Positions 9,005-19,726 are shown, counted from the stretch's first letter. The stretch: DNA of 21,074 bases from Thraustochytrium aureum (GCA_012862495.1 BLSG01000081.1:169186-190259), one strand, 5' to 3'. Program-made: numbers and translations. Notes: generated by a model from the sequence alone, not told the origin.

Positions 9005-12000
9005 GTGCCTCGCGCTCCGCCTGCAGGACTCGCTCCTGCACGGCAGACTCGTCAACTGCGCCAGAGCCGAGGGCAGCAACTGGCTGGGTCAACCGAGCCC
9101 GCTTCACGTCCGTCTCAAGCTTGCGCTTGGCCGCAACGACCTCTTTGTGGCTTGCCGCGAGCCGCTCGTAGTCGGCCTTGAGCTCCTCGCGAGCCTGCGC
9201 TTCCTCAGCAAGCCTGGACTCTAGTTCTTTGTGTTGGTGCTCGAATGCGTCTCGCTCCTGCTTCACTTGCGAGCACGCCAGGGCGGCGTGACTGGCAGCC
9301 TCGCGCGCTTCGTCAAGTTCACGCCGCCTCGCGGCATCGTCCTCAGACCCATGGTTGCGCAGCTGCGCCATTGTCTTGTTGGCAGCTTCGCGGAACCGGT
9401 CGTGCTCTTCTTGGAGCTGCTCGACCTTGGCTCGGCATGCTGCAAGGTCTTCGTCCTTGCGCCGGACGTCAGCTTCGAAGCCTTGCACCTGGCGCGAGAG
9501 GGCCGAGAGCTTGATGTCGGTCTCATTCTTGAGCCAGTCCTTCTCTTGCTCAACAACGCTGAGCCTGCCTTTCTCGTGCCTTGGTGCGCTTCCTCCTCCT
9601 CGCGGAGCTTGCTGCGCAGCTCTGATTCGGAAGACTGCAGCTCGCTGCGGGCCTCAAAGAGAGCCTGCTTGTGCTCTGCAAGTGCGGTCTCGGCCTGGGC
9701 CTTGGCTTGCTCCACGCTCGACAATCGCTTCTCCAGCCCCTGCAGGGTCTTTCCGAGGCTTTCAAAGTCGCTCGCGAGGTTGTCGTAGGCGGTCGTCTTC
9801 TCTTCAAGCTCTTGAAGCACCTTGATCCCGCTCTCCTGCGCGGACTTGAGAGCCCCTTGTAGCCGCTCAAGCTCGCTGGTTTTGCGGTCCGCTTCCAGCT
9901 TTGCGTGCTTGGTCTGCCGCTTAAAGTCATTGCGCTCGTCCAGGAGCCGATTTTCGGCCTCCTTGGCTTCGGCCCGAAGCTGCTCCGATACCAAGGCATG
10001 GGCAGTCTCCCTCGCCTTGAGCTCGTCAGCGTACTGGCGCGAGCTTTCTTCCGCAGCTGCTCGGGCGGAGGCCAGCTCTTCCTTGAGCCGATCTGTCTCG
10101 CTTTGCGTCCTGGCATGCTCCGAGGTCTTTTGCTGCAACGCGAGGCGAGCCTGCTCAAGCTCACCAACGAGTCGGCCTTCGCGCGCCCTCGAAGATCGGT
10201 CCAAGTCGTTCTTCTCCGCACGAACGGTGGCGAGCTCCTTGTTGAGCTCCGCGTGGTCCTCTTTCCGGCGGCCAAGCTCGACGCGTAGCAAGCGCATGTT
10301 CTCCTGCTCGGAAGCGATTCGGTCCAGCACCTGCTGCTTGGCGTGCTCTGTCTCGCGCAGTGCCTCTGCGTGCCGCTGGGACTGCGCTTGTGCAACACGG
10401 AGCTTTTCGAGCAGCTGCTCTCGCTCTGTGACTAGTTTACTCTCTTCCTGAGCGCGCTGGGCCGCAGCCTCCTGCATTTTTTGGATCTCCTCCTGCTTGA
10501 CGTCGAGCTGCTGCACGAGCTCGCCGACCTCGCCAGCATGAGCGCCGTTGAGCCCTTCCAGGCGCGCCTTCAATGCCGCGATCTCCTCCACACGGTCCGC
10601 GGCCTCTGCCGTCGCTTGCGCTGAGGCGGCTTGGGCTTCTTGGAGCTGTTTCGAGGTTGCGTCCAGATCTTCGGCAAGCTGCTGTGCCTTCGCGCTAAAG
10701 GTTGCAACTTGTTCGGCCGCGTCTTTCTTGGCCTGCTTGAGCTCGGCGCGCAAGGCCTCGCTCTGGGTGAGCGCTTCGCGCCGGCTCGCAACATGTTCGT
10801 CGATCTCGGTCTGTAGACTGTCGATGCGCTCCTCGGCGTCGGCGTCGGCTTGGCGCGCTTCGCGCNNNNNNNNNNNNNNNNNNNNNNNNNNNNNNNNNNN
10901 NNNNNNNNNNNNNNNNNNNNNNNNNNNNNNNNNNNNNNNNNNNNNNNNNNNNNNNNNNNNNNNNNNNNNNNNNNNNNNNNNNNNNNNNNNNNNNNNNNNN
11001 NNNNNNNNNNNNNNNNNNNNNNNNNNNNNNNNNNNNNNNNNNNNNNNNNNNNNNNNNNNNNNNNNNNNNNNNNNNNNNNNNNNNNNNNNNNNNNNNNNNN
11101 NNNNNNNNNNNNNNNNNNNNNNNNNNNNNNNNNNNNNNNNNNNNNNNNNNNNNNNNNNNNNNNNNNNNNNNNNNNNNNNNNNNNNNNNNNNNNNNNNNAC
11201 CTCCTCGTTGAGCTTTTGGCAGTCAGTGATCAAGTCGCACTTCTCCTCCTCTAGCGCCGCGATGTGCTTGCGCAGGCGCTCGGCCTCTTGGCGAAGCTTG
11301 GCTGATTCGCGCGCGAACGTGCCCTCGTTGTTGGTGACTTGGTGCTGCGTCGCCAGTAGGGCTCGCTGCAGCTCCTCCTCGCGGCTCTGTTGCTCGGCCA
11401 CCGATCGCGTGTGCTGCGCGCGAAGAGCTGCAAGTTCTTGCTCGGCGTGCTGGCGGCCTGCGGTCAGATCGACGTGCTGTTTGGCGAGCGCCTCGAGCTC
11501 TTTGCGAGCCGCTGCGAGCTCGGTTTCGAGGCGGTCTTGGTCCTCTTTGGCGGCTTTGGCAAGCGTCGTCTTGTACCGCTGGGCTTCGCGGGCCTCGTTT
11601 CGGGCCGCAGCCTTGGCCTCTGCGAGCTGGGTTTTGAGCGCGTCCAGCTCCTTGGCGTGCTCGGCCAAAAGGCTCTCCAGTTTCCCTTGGTACTGCTTTT
11701 CGACGTCCGCGGACCACTGCTTGCGGAGGTCCTCGCTGGAGCGCGCAAGCGCAGCGTTGCTCGTTTCTAGTGAGGAGATTTTGGCTTGCATGGTGGCAGA
11801 CTCTGCGCGGGCCGCTTCGAGCGACATGAGATCCTCCTTGGCTCGCTCGTCAAACACCTTGCGGGCCTCGTCGAAGCGGATCACGTCCTGCAGGTGCTTG
11901 TCTTGGACCTGGCGCATGGCGGCCCGCATCTTTTCCAACTGGGCGTCGCAATCGCGCCTCGCTCGGGCTGCCTCCGCCTGAGCAAGGTCGGCTTCGGACC

Positions 12001-13756
12001 GCGTTGCAGCCAAGGTGCTGCGGGCTTCGTCAAGATCGCGCTGGAGCGAGCCCGAGCGCTCCTCAAGATTTTGGGCGCGGATGGCAGCTGCATCTTTCTC
12101 CTCGCTCATTCGTCGCTCGGCTCGCTCGAGCTTGGCAAGCAGGTCCTCATGCAACCCGGTGAGCTTGGACTTTGCTTCAGCGTGCTTGCGCTCGGCCGCG
12201 TCAAAGGTGTTCTGCAACGCGGTTGCGCGCTCGCGCAGCTCGGCAGCCTCGCGACGGGTCACTTCCAGGCTATCTTTCAAGACCCAGTTCTCCTCGGAGA
12301 GCTTGGAAACGTGCCGGTCGACGTCCTCGCGCTCTCCGGCAGTGCGGCTGATTTGCGCTTCCAAAAGGGCGACCTTTTCGCGAAGCGCGTCGCGCTCTTT
12401 TGCGGCATTTGGATCGAGCTGCTCCAGGAGAGCAGATTTCTTTTCGAGGCGCGTTTGCAGCCGCTCTACTTGGAGGTCTTTCTCCACCAACTGCTTGGAC
12501 TGCATCTCAAAGCCTTGCTTTAGCGTGCGCTCGCGCTCGTGCGTTTCCTTGAGGTTCTTGAGAGCAGCTTTGCGCGCCTCTTCCAGCTCCTTGATGACTC
12601 GTCCTGCCGTCTCTTTGTGAGCAGCAAGGTCGTCGCGGAGCTTGGAGGCCGTGCTTCGCTCCGTCGCGATGTCTTCTTGTATCCGCTGGACCTGGCGGAT
12701 GAGCTTGACCTCTCTCTCGCGTGTCTCCTCGTTTTGCTTTGACAGCACCTCGATCTCGTGCTTGGCCTTTTCCAGCTGCTTTGTTTTCGCTTGCAGTGCG
12801 TTGATGGAGTCGCCGCTTTCGTGCTGGAGCTGGGCGATGCCCTTCCAGAGCTGCTCGAACAGGTCCTTCTTCCGCCCAGAAGACTCGGTGAGCAAGCTCG
12901 CGTCGTCTGCGTCATCGCCAAGGGAGAATAGCGAAGCACCTGCTAAACTACTCCCTGCCGAGGAGAGAGCGGCGAGACCGCGCTTGGTTGACGTCGTGTT
13001 TGCGCGGGGTCGTGGAACGTTGGCAGAGGCTCCTGTGATCTTTGCTCGCCCACGGCGTCTCTCGGAGGCGCTCTTTGCCCCTGCTGAAGCACGCTGCTGC
13101 GACGCGCGGCCTTGGTCTGCTGNNNNNNNNNNNNNNNNNNNNNNNNNNNNNNNNNNNNNNNNNNNNNNNNNNNNNNNNNNNNNNNNNNNNNNNNNNNNNN
13201 NNNNNNNNNNNNNNNNNNNNNNNNNNNNNNNNNNNNNNNNNNNNNNNNNNNNNNNNNNNNNNNNNNNNNNNNNNNNNNNNNNNNNNNNNNNNNNNNNNNN
13301 NNNNNNNNNNNNNNNNNNNNNNNNNNNNNNNNNNNNNNNNNNNNNNNNNNNNNNNNNNNNNNNNNNNNNNNNNNNNNNNNNNNNNNNNNNNNNNNNNNNN
13401 NNNNNNNNNNNNNNNNNNNNNNNNNNNNNNNNNNNNNNNNNNNNNCGACAGAAGCTTGGCTTAGCGAGTGCACTGGAGTCAATCTCTCGTGCGCTGAGCA
13501 GGCCTGTTGCGCTCCCTCCGTCTGAGTCTTCATCAACGGCACTGCTTGCCGCCCCCGAGGCGCGATCAAGGTCAGCCTTGCTTTCAGAGCCGCCATCGTC
13601 TCTGCGCTGGGCCTGGTCATGTGGGACCGTCGCTGCGCCACCACGGGCATCATCGCTCGGGCCAGGAAATACGATGTCGCGTCGCCCAAGCGATCGTCCG
13701 GTGCTCCCTGCCCGTACTTCCCGCTGTGCTCGCGACCCCTGGGGCCCCGGCGCCAT
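9005..13756 (-). CDS. Very large coiled-coil protein (~1,500+ aa), family unassigned. 3' end lies in gap 8238-9004; apparent 1-nt deletion at 9570-9572.
   Basis: Continuous E/K/A/L/Q/R-rich heptad-like sequence from ~12870 to 9005, preceded by a Ser/Gly/Arg-rich disordered N-terminus. First ATG at 13756 (MAPGPQ). Adding one A at 9570-9572 joins ...AHQGTRK to GRLSVVEQEKDWLKNETDIKLSALSRQVQGFEADV (frame of ORF 7869..9488). Two internal gaps. Confidence 0.8.
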
Positions 13757-14062
13757 ATTGAATAGTTTGACGGGAGAGTCCGCCTGCCGCCCCGTCCGTC
13801 CACTTTCAGGACCCGCAGTTCGCTCGCTGCTGCTGCAGGCGTGCGCGCCGCTGGCCACAATCACCGAGTGAGCTAGTGTCCTGGCCACCCGCAGCGATGT
13901 TGCCCCAGGCGATCAGCGCCAGCAGTTGGTTTCCACCCGGTCTTGCCAACGCCTTCGTGGCGCAATCTTGGCGTCGCCCGCCACACGTTCAGTGCGCTCG
14001 CTTCCGTGTTGCGTCGCGGACTGCCGAGCGCGACGAGCCGAACGCCACAAGTGACGGCGCCT

Positions 14063-14143
14063 GCCGAGCACAGCCAGCGATGCAGCCGAGCGCAACCAGC
14101 GACCCCAGCCGAGCGCAACCAGCGATGCCAGCCGAGCGCAACC
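14063..14143. repeat. Minisatellite, ~3.5 copies of a 22-23 bp unit GCCGAGCGCAACCAGCGATGCCA
   Basis: Units start at 14063, 14085, 14108 and 14131 (partial). A degenerate copy starts at ~14023. Confidence 0.85.
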
Positions 14144-14358
14144 GCTCGCAGGCCTCTAGCGTTCTGCGAGGCCGCCTCGAATGCGAGGCAGGCTCTGTGC
14201 AAACCCATCCAACGGATTTAACGGATCTGTTGAGCGATATGGGTCGGACCACGAGCTGGACCAATGCGAGGCCACCGCCTTGCGGATGGTGCCGCATCGC
14301 TTCGAAAGGGAAAGGTTTGGCGTTGTTCTGTAAGTACAAGGGAGGGAGACTACCGCTC

Positions 14359-14412
14359 GGCGAATGTCTGGCGAACGTCTGGCGAACGTCTGGCGGAAGC
14401 TCGGCGGAAGCT
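14359..14412. repeat. Tandem 11-bp repeat x5 (GGCGAACGTCT-type x3, then GGCGGAAGCTC-type x2)
   Basis: ggcgaatgtct ggcgaacgtct ggcgaacgtct ggcggaagctc ggcggaagct, read directly. Confidence 0.85.
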
Positions 14413-14453
14413 GTCGCAGTCGCGGTGAGGGTTGTCGGCCCACCCACTGAGGC

Positions 14454-16248
14454 CTAAAAAATGGTCAGACTCACGATGTGGCCGCTCCGCGAGACTTCAA
14501 AGACGCAGCCGTCGTAGGCGTAGAGGAGGGTGGCCCCAAATGGATTTGCGACGATGCCGCTGTCGTGGATCATGGGTCGCCCGGCCGGGCCAAGCAGCGC
14601 CTGCACCTCTGGCCAAGACATGTCTGGCTTGATGACGACCGCCGAGCTCGAGACTGATGCACCCGATTTCGCGAGTCCGTTCGCTAGATCGGCGCCAACG
14701 CTCGGGGCCGGCTGCGGGGGCGTCGTAGTGGCCACGCTGACGAGCGCGCGGAACTCGCACCGGTTGTACATGGAGAAGAGCGAGTGGCCAGGGAGATTCG
14801 TGTGCGCAATGACCTTTTTCAGTCGATGCGTCCGCGCATCGAACAGGAGGTCCAGGCCAAGGCCAAAGTAGTTGTAAAAGTAGTCGGAGGAAGCAAAGCA
14901 GCCTTGCGGGTCGTGCTCTGCGAGGCGGCCCACGACGGCCACATCGTCGACGAGATCGGGGTCCGAGTCCGTATCACTACCTGGCGAAAGCGCGGAGGCG
15001 CCTCGCGCGTCCCGCCCTTGCGCTCCAGTCAGGGAGACCCCGTGCTTGCTATGTGGCTGCTCGATCGGCGCTGCGGCGCTGGCCGAGGAGGCGGCATGGA
15101 TATTCATGCGGTTGTCCTGCTTGAAGTAGACCCTGTCGGGCTCCCCCAGCTCGCTCAGCGCGTCTTGCACGCACGACCCAATGTGCAGCGTCCGGTGGCG
15201 CCGAAGGAACTGGACGAGGGTCGGCGACGAGACGCGCGCCCCCGGGCCTGGAGAAATTTTGAAGCAGACCTCCTCGAGATATGCCGGCTTGAGTGTTGAG
15301 AGCGACAGCCCCTGAGGAAGGAGGGCCGCTACCGCAGCCTGCGAATCAAGCGAGGGCTGCACGAGTTGAGGATTGCGCTCTTCGAACCCTGCATACAGCA
15401 TCATTCGCGATGCCTCTGGGGAGCCCCCGGACGGAAGCTCGAGAGGAAGCTCGTCCGAGTTTGCATATGCCTCGTGCAAGTCCTGGGGCAGTGGGAACAT
15501 GAGGCAGAGACCCTGGTAGCGCAGCACGTAAACGCCCGCCTCTGCGTCAAACTTGCCTGGGAAGGTAGGCCCGAACACCCTGTAAAGGTTTAGGAAGCTG
15601 GCCGCGCGATTCNNNNNNNNNNNNNNNNNNNNNNNNNNNNNNNNNNNNNNNNNNNNNNNNNNNNNNNNNNNNNNNNNNNNNNNNNNNNNNNNNNNNNNNN
15701 NNNNNNNNNNNNNNNNNNNNNNNNNNNNNNNNNNNNNNNNNNNNNNNNNNNNNNNNNNNNNNNNNNNNNNNNNNNNNNNNNNNNNNNNNNNNNNNNNNNN
15801 NNNNNNNNNNNNNNNNNNNNNNNNNNNNNNNNNNNNNNNNNNNNNNNNNNNNNNNNNNNNNNNNNNNNNNNNNNNNNNNNNNNNNNNNNNNNNNNNNNNN
15901 NNNNNNNNNNNNNNNNNNNNNNNNNNNNNNNNNNNNNNNNNNNNNNNNNNNNNNNNNNNNNNNNNNNNNNNNNNNNNNNNNNNNNNNNNNNNNNNNNNNN
16001 NNNNNNNNNNNNNNNNNNNNNNNNNNNNNNNNNNNNNNNNNNNNNNNNNNNNNNNNNNNNNNNNNNNNNNNNNNNNNNNNNNNNNNNNNNNNNNNNNNNN
16101 NNNNNNNNNNNNNNNNNNNNNNNNNNNNNNNNNNNNNNNNNNNNNNNNNNNNNNNNNNNNNNNNNNNNNNNNNNNNNNNNNNNNNNNNNNNNNTCTCAGC
16201 CACGGGCGCGGCGGGCGGCAGTCCCACATGGGCCTCGATCCCCGCCAT
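14454..16248 (-). CDS. PHAF1 / UPF0183 (C16orf70) family protein. Most of the N-terminus lies in gap 15613-16193; start tentative.
   Basis: FLNLYRVFGPTFPGKFD..VYVLRYQGLCLMFP, SCVQDALSELGEPDRVYFKQDNRMNIH, DYFYNYFGLGLDLLFDARTHRLKKVIAHTNLPGHSLFSMYNRCEF, NPFGATLLYAYDGCVFEVSRSGHIVSLTIF-stop are all UPF0183 hallmarks. Stop TAG at 14456-14454. Candidate ATG at 16248 (MAGIEAHVGLPP) lies across the gap. Confidence 0.9.
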
Positions 16249-16440
16249 GCCTTGTTCGACTACCGGGATAACGCTGAGACAACCGGGGCCGCGTTGACCT
16301 GCTCGCGCTGCGGCTGGTCCGTTGGGCCGCGCGTGCCGATGCGCGAGTTCGAGCTGCGGCCTGCTGCTGAGGGCGTCTGTCCGGAGACGCAGTCGCGTGA
16401 GCAGTGTTCGGTGTCTGCTGCCTTCGCGAGTCCAGCAGAG

Positions 16441-16500
16441 AAATTTCTCCTTTTTTTCGAACATTTTTTCTTTGTTTTGTTGATTGATTTCAAGAACAAT
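16441..16500. promoter_or_regulatory. AT-rich poly(dT) island ~200 bp upstream of the PHAF1-like gene; possible nucleosome-depleted promoter or RPB5 3'-end signal
   Basis: aaatttctcctttttttcgaacattttttctttgttttgttgattgattt is the most conspicuous T-rich tract in an otherwise GC-rich window. Function is inferred. Confidence 0.35.
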
Positions 16501-16718
16501 GCAGCATGGCCGGATGGATGCCGCGCTGCGCGCGGGGGATTCGCTCCTCGCGCGAGGACGCAGCTGCTGCGCTAGGCAGCGGGGACAGCGGGGCGACTTT
16601 GTTCAACTGCTGAGCTCGATTTTCTGTGTCTCTCTCTGCTCTTCAGCTAGTAGTGCCTGGAGGAGGAAGCCCTGGAGCTCTCCCTGGCCGCCGTTCGGCG
16701 CGCGCGCGGACGCACCGT

Positions 16719-16758
16719 GACGACGACGACGACGACGACTCTGCGACGACTCTGCGAC
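16719..16758. repeat. (GAC)7 microsatellite followed by a short duplicated GACTCTGCGAC unit
   Basis: gacgacgacgacgacgacgac tctgcgacgactctgcgacg, located downstream of the RPB5 stop. Confidence 0.85.
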
Positions 16759-16837
16759 GTAGCCGCCGAGAGCGAGGAGGCGGCGGTCTCGTTCGAGCAG
16801 CAGCACGAAGCAGGCGGCGGTTGGAACGACGAAAGGG

Positions 16838-17595
16838 TCAGTGCACGATGCGGTAGGTCACATACCGGCCGGCCGTCTCGCTGGAGCGAATGATCTTGAC
16901 CACGTCACCGCGCACGAGCCCAAAGTAGCGCGTGATTGGGTCCGTGATGTACATGCGCGGCAGCTGCGAGTCCTTGAGCTTGTAGCGGTCCATGAGCTGC
17001 GCCTTCTCCTCCGGCGTGAGCACCTCGTGCTTTGGGACGAGCTCGTGCTCGGTGATGTCCACAAGGAGCTCGGCTTCTTTGAAGACTTCGATAAAGTACC
17101 TCGGCTGGGCCTCGAGGAGGGCCTTCTTCGCGAAAGGCGAGATGTCCTTTTCGACGACAAGGATGGCGCGGTGCACCTCTTGCTCTTGCATCCTTTCTGC
17201 ATAGGTTGTCATGGATTTTACTGGGCGGAGCAACAAAGGGGGGAGCCGCGGGGGGGAGGGTTAGCATGCCGTGCAGTGCGTGCGCTGCGTGCGGGCGGGG
17301 CCGCGGCCGAGGGAAAACGTACCGTCGACCTTGTCCTCGCTAGGGAAGAAGAGCATCATCTTGTTGTTGGGGTCGTCTACCTTGCTGGCCAGCACAAACA
17401 GCAAGCTCTTGTCGACCGGGTAGCCAAACTTGCCCTTGAACTCCTCGAACGAGTACTCGAGCTCGTTCTGCAGGATCAGGTACTTGCGATTCTGCAGCAT
17501 CTTGAGCAGCGTGCGCCGCACCCGGAACAGCCTATACGCCTGCCGGTGCTTGGGGTCTGCCTCATTCACCTGCGTGGGGTCCAGGTCGTCCGCCA
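16838..17595 (-). CDS. RPB5: DNA-directed RNA polymerases I, II and III subunit RPABC1. Exons (17596)-17323 and 17220-16838.
   Basis: [19 protein letters not shown]...FEEFKGKFG...[10 protein letters not shown], then [11 protein letters not shown]...RAILVV...ISPFAKKAL...[83 protein letters not shown], the unmistakable Rpb5 C-terminus. The A of the probable ATG falls at the gap edge (nTG GCG). Confidence 0.98.
17221..17322 (-). other. Spliceosomal intron (102 nt, phase 1) in RPB5
   Basis: Donor GTACGT at 17322, branch TGCTAAC (CTAAC at 17264-17260), C-rich pyrimidine tract, acceptor CCAG ending 17221. Splicing yields EDKVD-V-KSM, matching the conserved KVGVK region. Confidence 0.92.
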
Positions 17596-18267
17596 NNNNN
17601 NNNNNNNNNNNNNNNNNNNNNNNNNNNNNNNNNNNNNNNNNNNNNNNNNNNNNNNNNNNNNNNNNNNNNNNNNNNNNNNNNNNNNNNNNNNNNNNNNNNN
17701 NNNNNNNNNNNNNNNNNNNNNNNNNNNNNNNNNNNNNNNNNNNNNNNNNNNNNNNNNNNNNNNNNNNNNNNNNNNNNNNNNNNNNNNNNNNNNNNNNNNN
17801 NNNNNNNNNNNNNNNNNNNNNNNNNNNNNNNNNNNNNNNNNNNNNNNNNNNNNNNNNNNNNNNNNNNNNNNNNNNNNNNNNNNNNNNNNNNNNNNNNNNN
17901 NNNNNNNNNNNNNNNNNNNNNNNNNNNNNNNNNNNNNNNNNNNNNNNNNNNNNNNNNNNNNNNNNNNNNNNNNNNNNNNNNNNNNNNNNNNNNNNNNNNN
18001 NNNNNNNNNNNNNNNNNNNNNNNNNNNNNNNNNNNNNNNNNNNNNNNNNNNNNNNNNNNNNNNNNNNNNNNNNNNNNNNNNNNNNNNNNNNNNNNNNNNN
18101 NNNNNNNNNNNNNNNNNNNNNNNNNNNNNNNNNNNNNNNNNNNNNNNNNNNNNNNNNNNNNNNNNNNNNNNNNNNNNNNNNNNNNNNNNNNNNNNNNNNN
18201 NNNNNNNNNNNNNNNNNNNNNNNNNNNNNNNNNNNNNNNNNNNNNNNNNNNNNNNNNNNNNNNNNNN

Positions 18268-19581
18268 ATCGCCGAGTGCGGGTCGAGCAGGTAGCCGTAC
18301 GCCTCGTAGTTGGAGCGAATGTTGCGAGGATCTCGGCCTCCGACAGGCGGCCGGAGTCCATCTCGGCCTGCGACGCTGCCAAGAGCTCCGGAGTCGCTTT
18401 GAGCTCCCCCGTCCTTTCAAAGGTCTCCATCCACTCCGAAAGCACGGCGGCGTTGTCGCCTGCCATGTGGTACAAGAATCGCTCAAAGTTGCTCGAAACG
18501 CAAATGTCCATAGAGGGCGAGAGGGTGGGCGAAACCTTGGCGGGCTTGAAGTACTCGCCCTTGCTGAAGAAGCGGTGGATGATGTCGTTTTCGTTGGTGG
18601 CGGGCACGAGGCGGTCCACCGGGAGCCCCATGCGCTTGGCGTAGTAGCCTGCGAGCACGTCGCCAAAGTTGCCCGTCGGCACCGAGAAGGAGATCTTGCC
18701 CCCGCTGCCCTTGGGCACGACCTGCAGATACGAGTAAAAGTAGTAGACGATCTGCGCGAGGATGCGCGCAAAGTTGATCGAGTTTACTGCGGCGAGCTGC
18801 AGCGTGTCGCGGGCCTCCTTGTCCTTGAACATGGACTTGACGATCGCCTGGGCGTCGTCAAAGGTGCCGTTCACGGCCACGCAGTGGATGTTTGCGTCGA
18901 GCACGGTTGTCATTTGGCGCTCCTGGATCGGGGAAACGCGGCCTTTCCGGAAACAGGATGAACACCTCCACCCCTTCTTGCCTCGCAGTCCGTAGATGGC
19001 CGAGGAGCCCGTGTCGCCGCTCGTGGGCCGAGCACGGTGATCTTGTCGCCGCGGCGCCCGATGAAGTGCTCGAACAGGTTGCCGAGAAACTGGAGCGCGA
19101 CGTCCTTGAAGGCGAATGTGGGGCCGTGGAACAGCTCGAGAATCTTGGGGCCCTCGCCTTCGCCGCCGGACCGCACCACCGGCGTGACCTGCTCGTGGCG
19201 GAACGTGCTGTAGCTGCGCTGGATGATGTCGCGCAGCTCTGTGGCGGAGACTTGGTGCGTCGGCACGTACAGGGAGATGATTTCGTACGCGAGGCTGGCA
19301 AAGTCGAGACCGTACCAGGAATCGATCGTTTCCTGCGACACCTGCGGGAACCAGGTCGGCACGAACAGGCCGCCATCCTCGGCAAGCCCAGCGCGCACCA
19401 CGCTCTCAAAGTCGAGTCCGCGTCCGCTGGGCCCGGCGTAGCCGCGCGTCGAGACGTACTTTGGCACGCCACGCAGGGCCTGCGCCAGCGCGCGCCTCTG
19501 CGAGAGGGCGCAGGCGGCTGCCACCGACCCCGCGACGCCGGCGGCCACGCCCGCCACAAAGCTTCCATTCCCGCCGCTCAT
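18268..19581 (-). CDS. thrC: Threonine synthase (PLP-dependent, yeast THR4/proteobacterial ThrC type). C-terminus lies in gap 17596-18267; four apparent single-base indels.
   Basis: KYVSTRG, GLAEDGGLFVP, LELFHGPTFAFKDVALQFLGNLFE (PLP lysine), (A)TSGDTGSSAI, GRVSPIQERQMTT, GTFDDAQAIVK, AVNSINFARILAQIVYYF, FSVPTGNFGDVLAGYYAKRMGLP, SPSMDICVSSNFER, YGYLLDPHSA. ATG at 19581. Confidence 0.96.
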
Positions 19582-19726
19582 CCTGGCTGTCTTCGCTCGC
19601 ACGACGTACCCGCTGACGCACAGACCAAGGGCAGGGCCGGCTGGACAGACGGACGGACGACTCGCGTTCGCTTGCCTGCACTCACTTGCCCTCGAGCTCG
19701 TCCCGAGGCCCGGCGACCGCGCGTGA

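Noticed and set aside
9231..13871. Long plus-strand ORFs (e.g. 10548..11981, 12642..13871)
   Set aside because: They are Ser/Arg/Ala-rich antisense shadows of the coiled-coil gene, typical of GC-rich DNA, and some are inflated by N-gaps.
14020..14412. Repeat clusters as a CRISPR array
   Set aside because: Units are directly tandem with no unique spacers, there are no cas genes, and the context is eukaryotic.
17261..18913. Apparent threonine synthase-RPB5 fusion ORF (550 aa)
   Set aside because: Artefact of translating through 672 Ns. The thrC frame also shifts at ~18320, and RPB5 has its own probable ATG at the gap edge.
4094..19581. Cluster of pseudogenes
   Set aside because: Only single-base indels are present, with no nonsense codons or motif decay, so sequencing error is more parsimonious.
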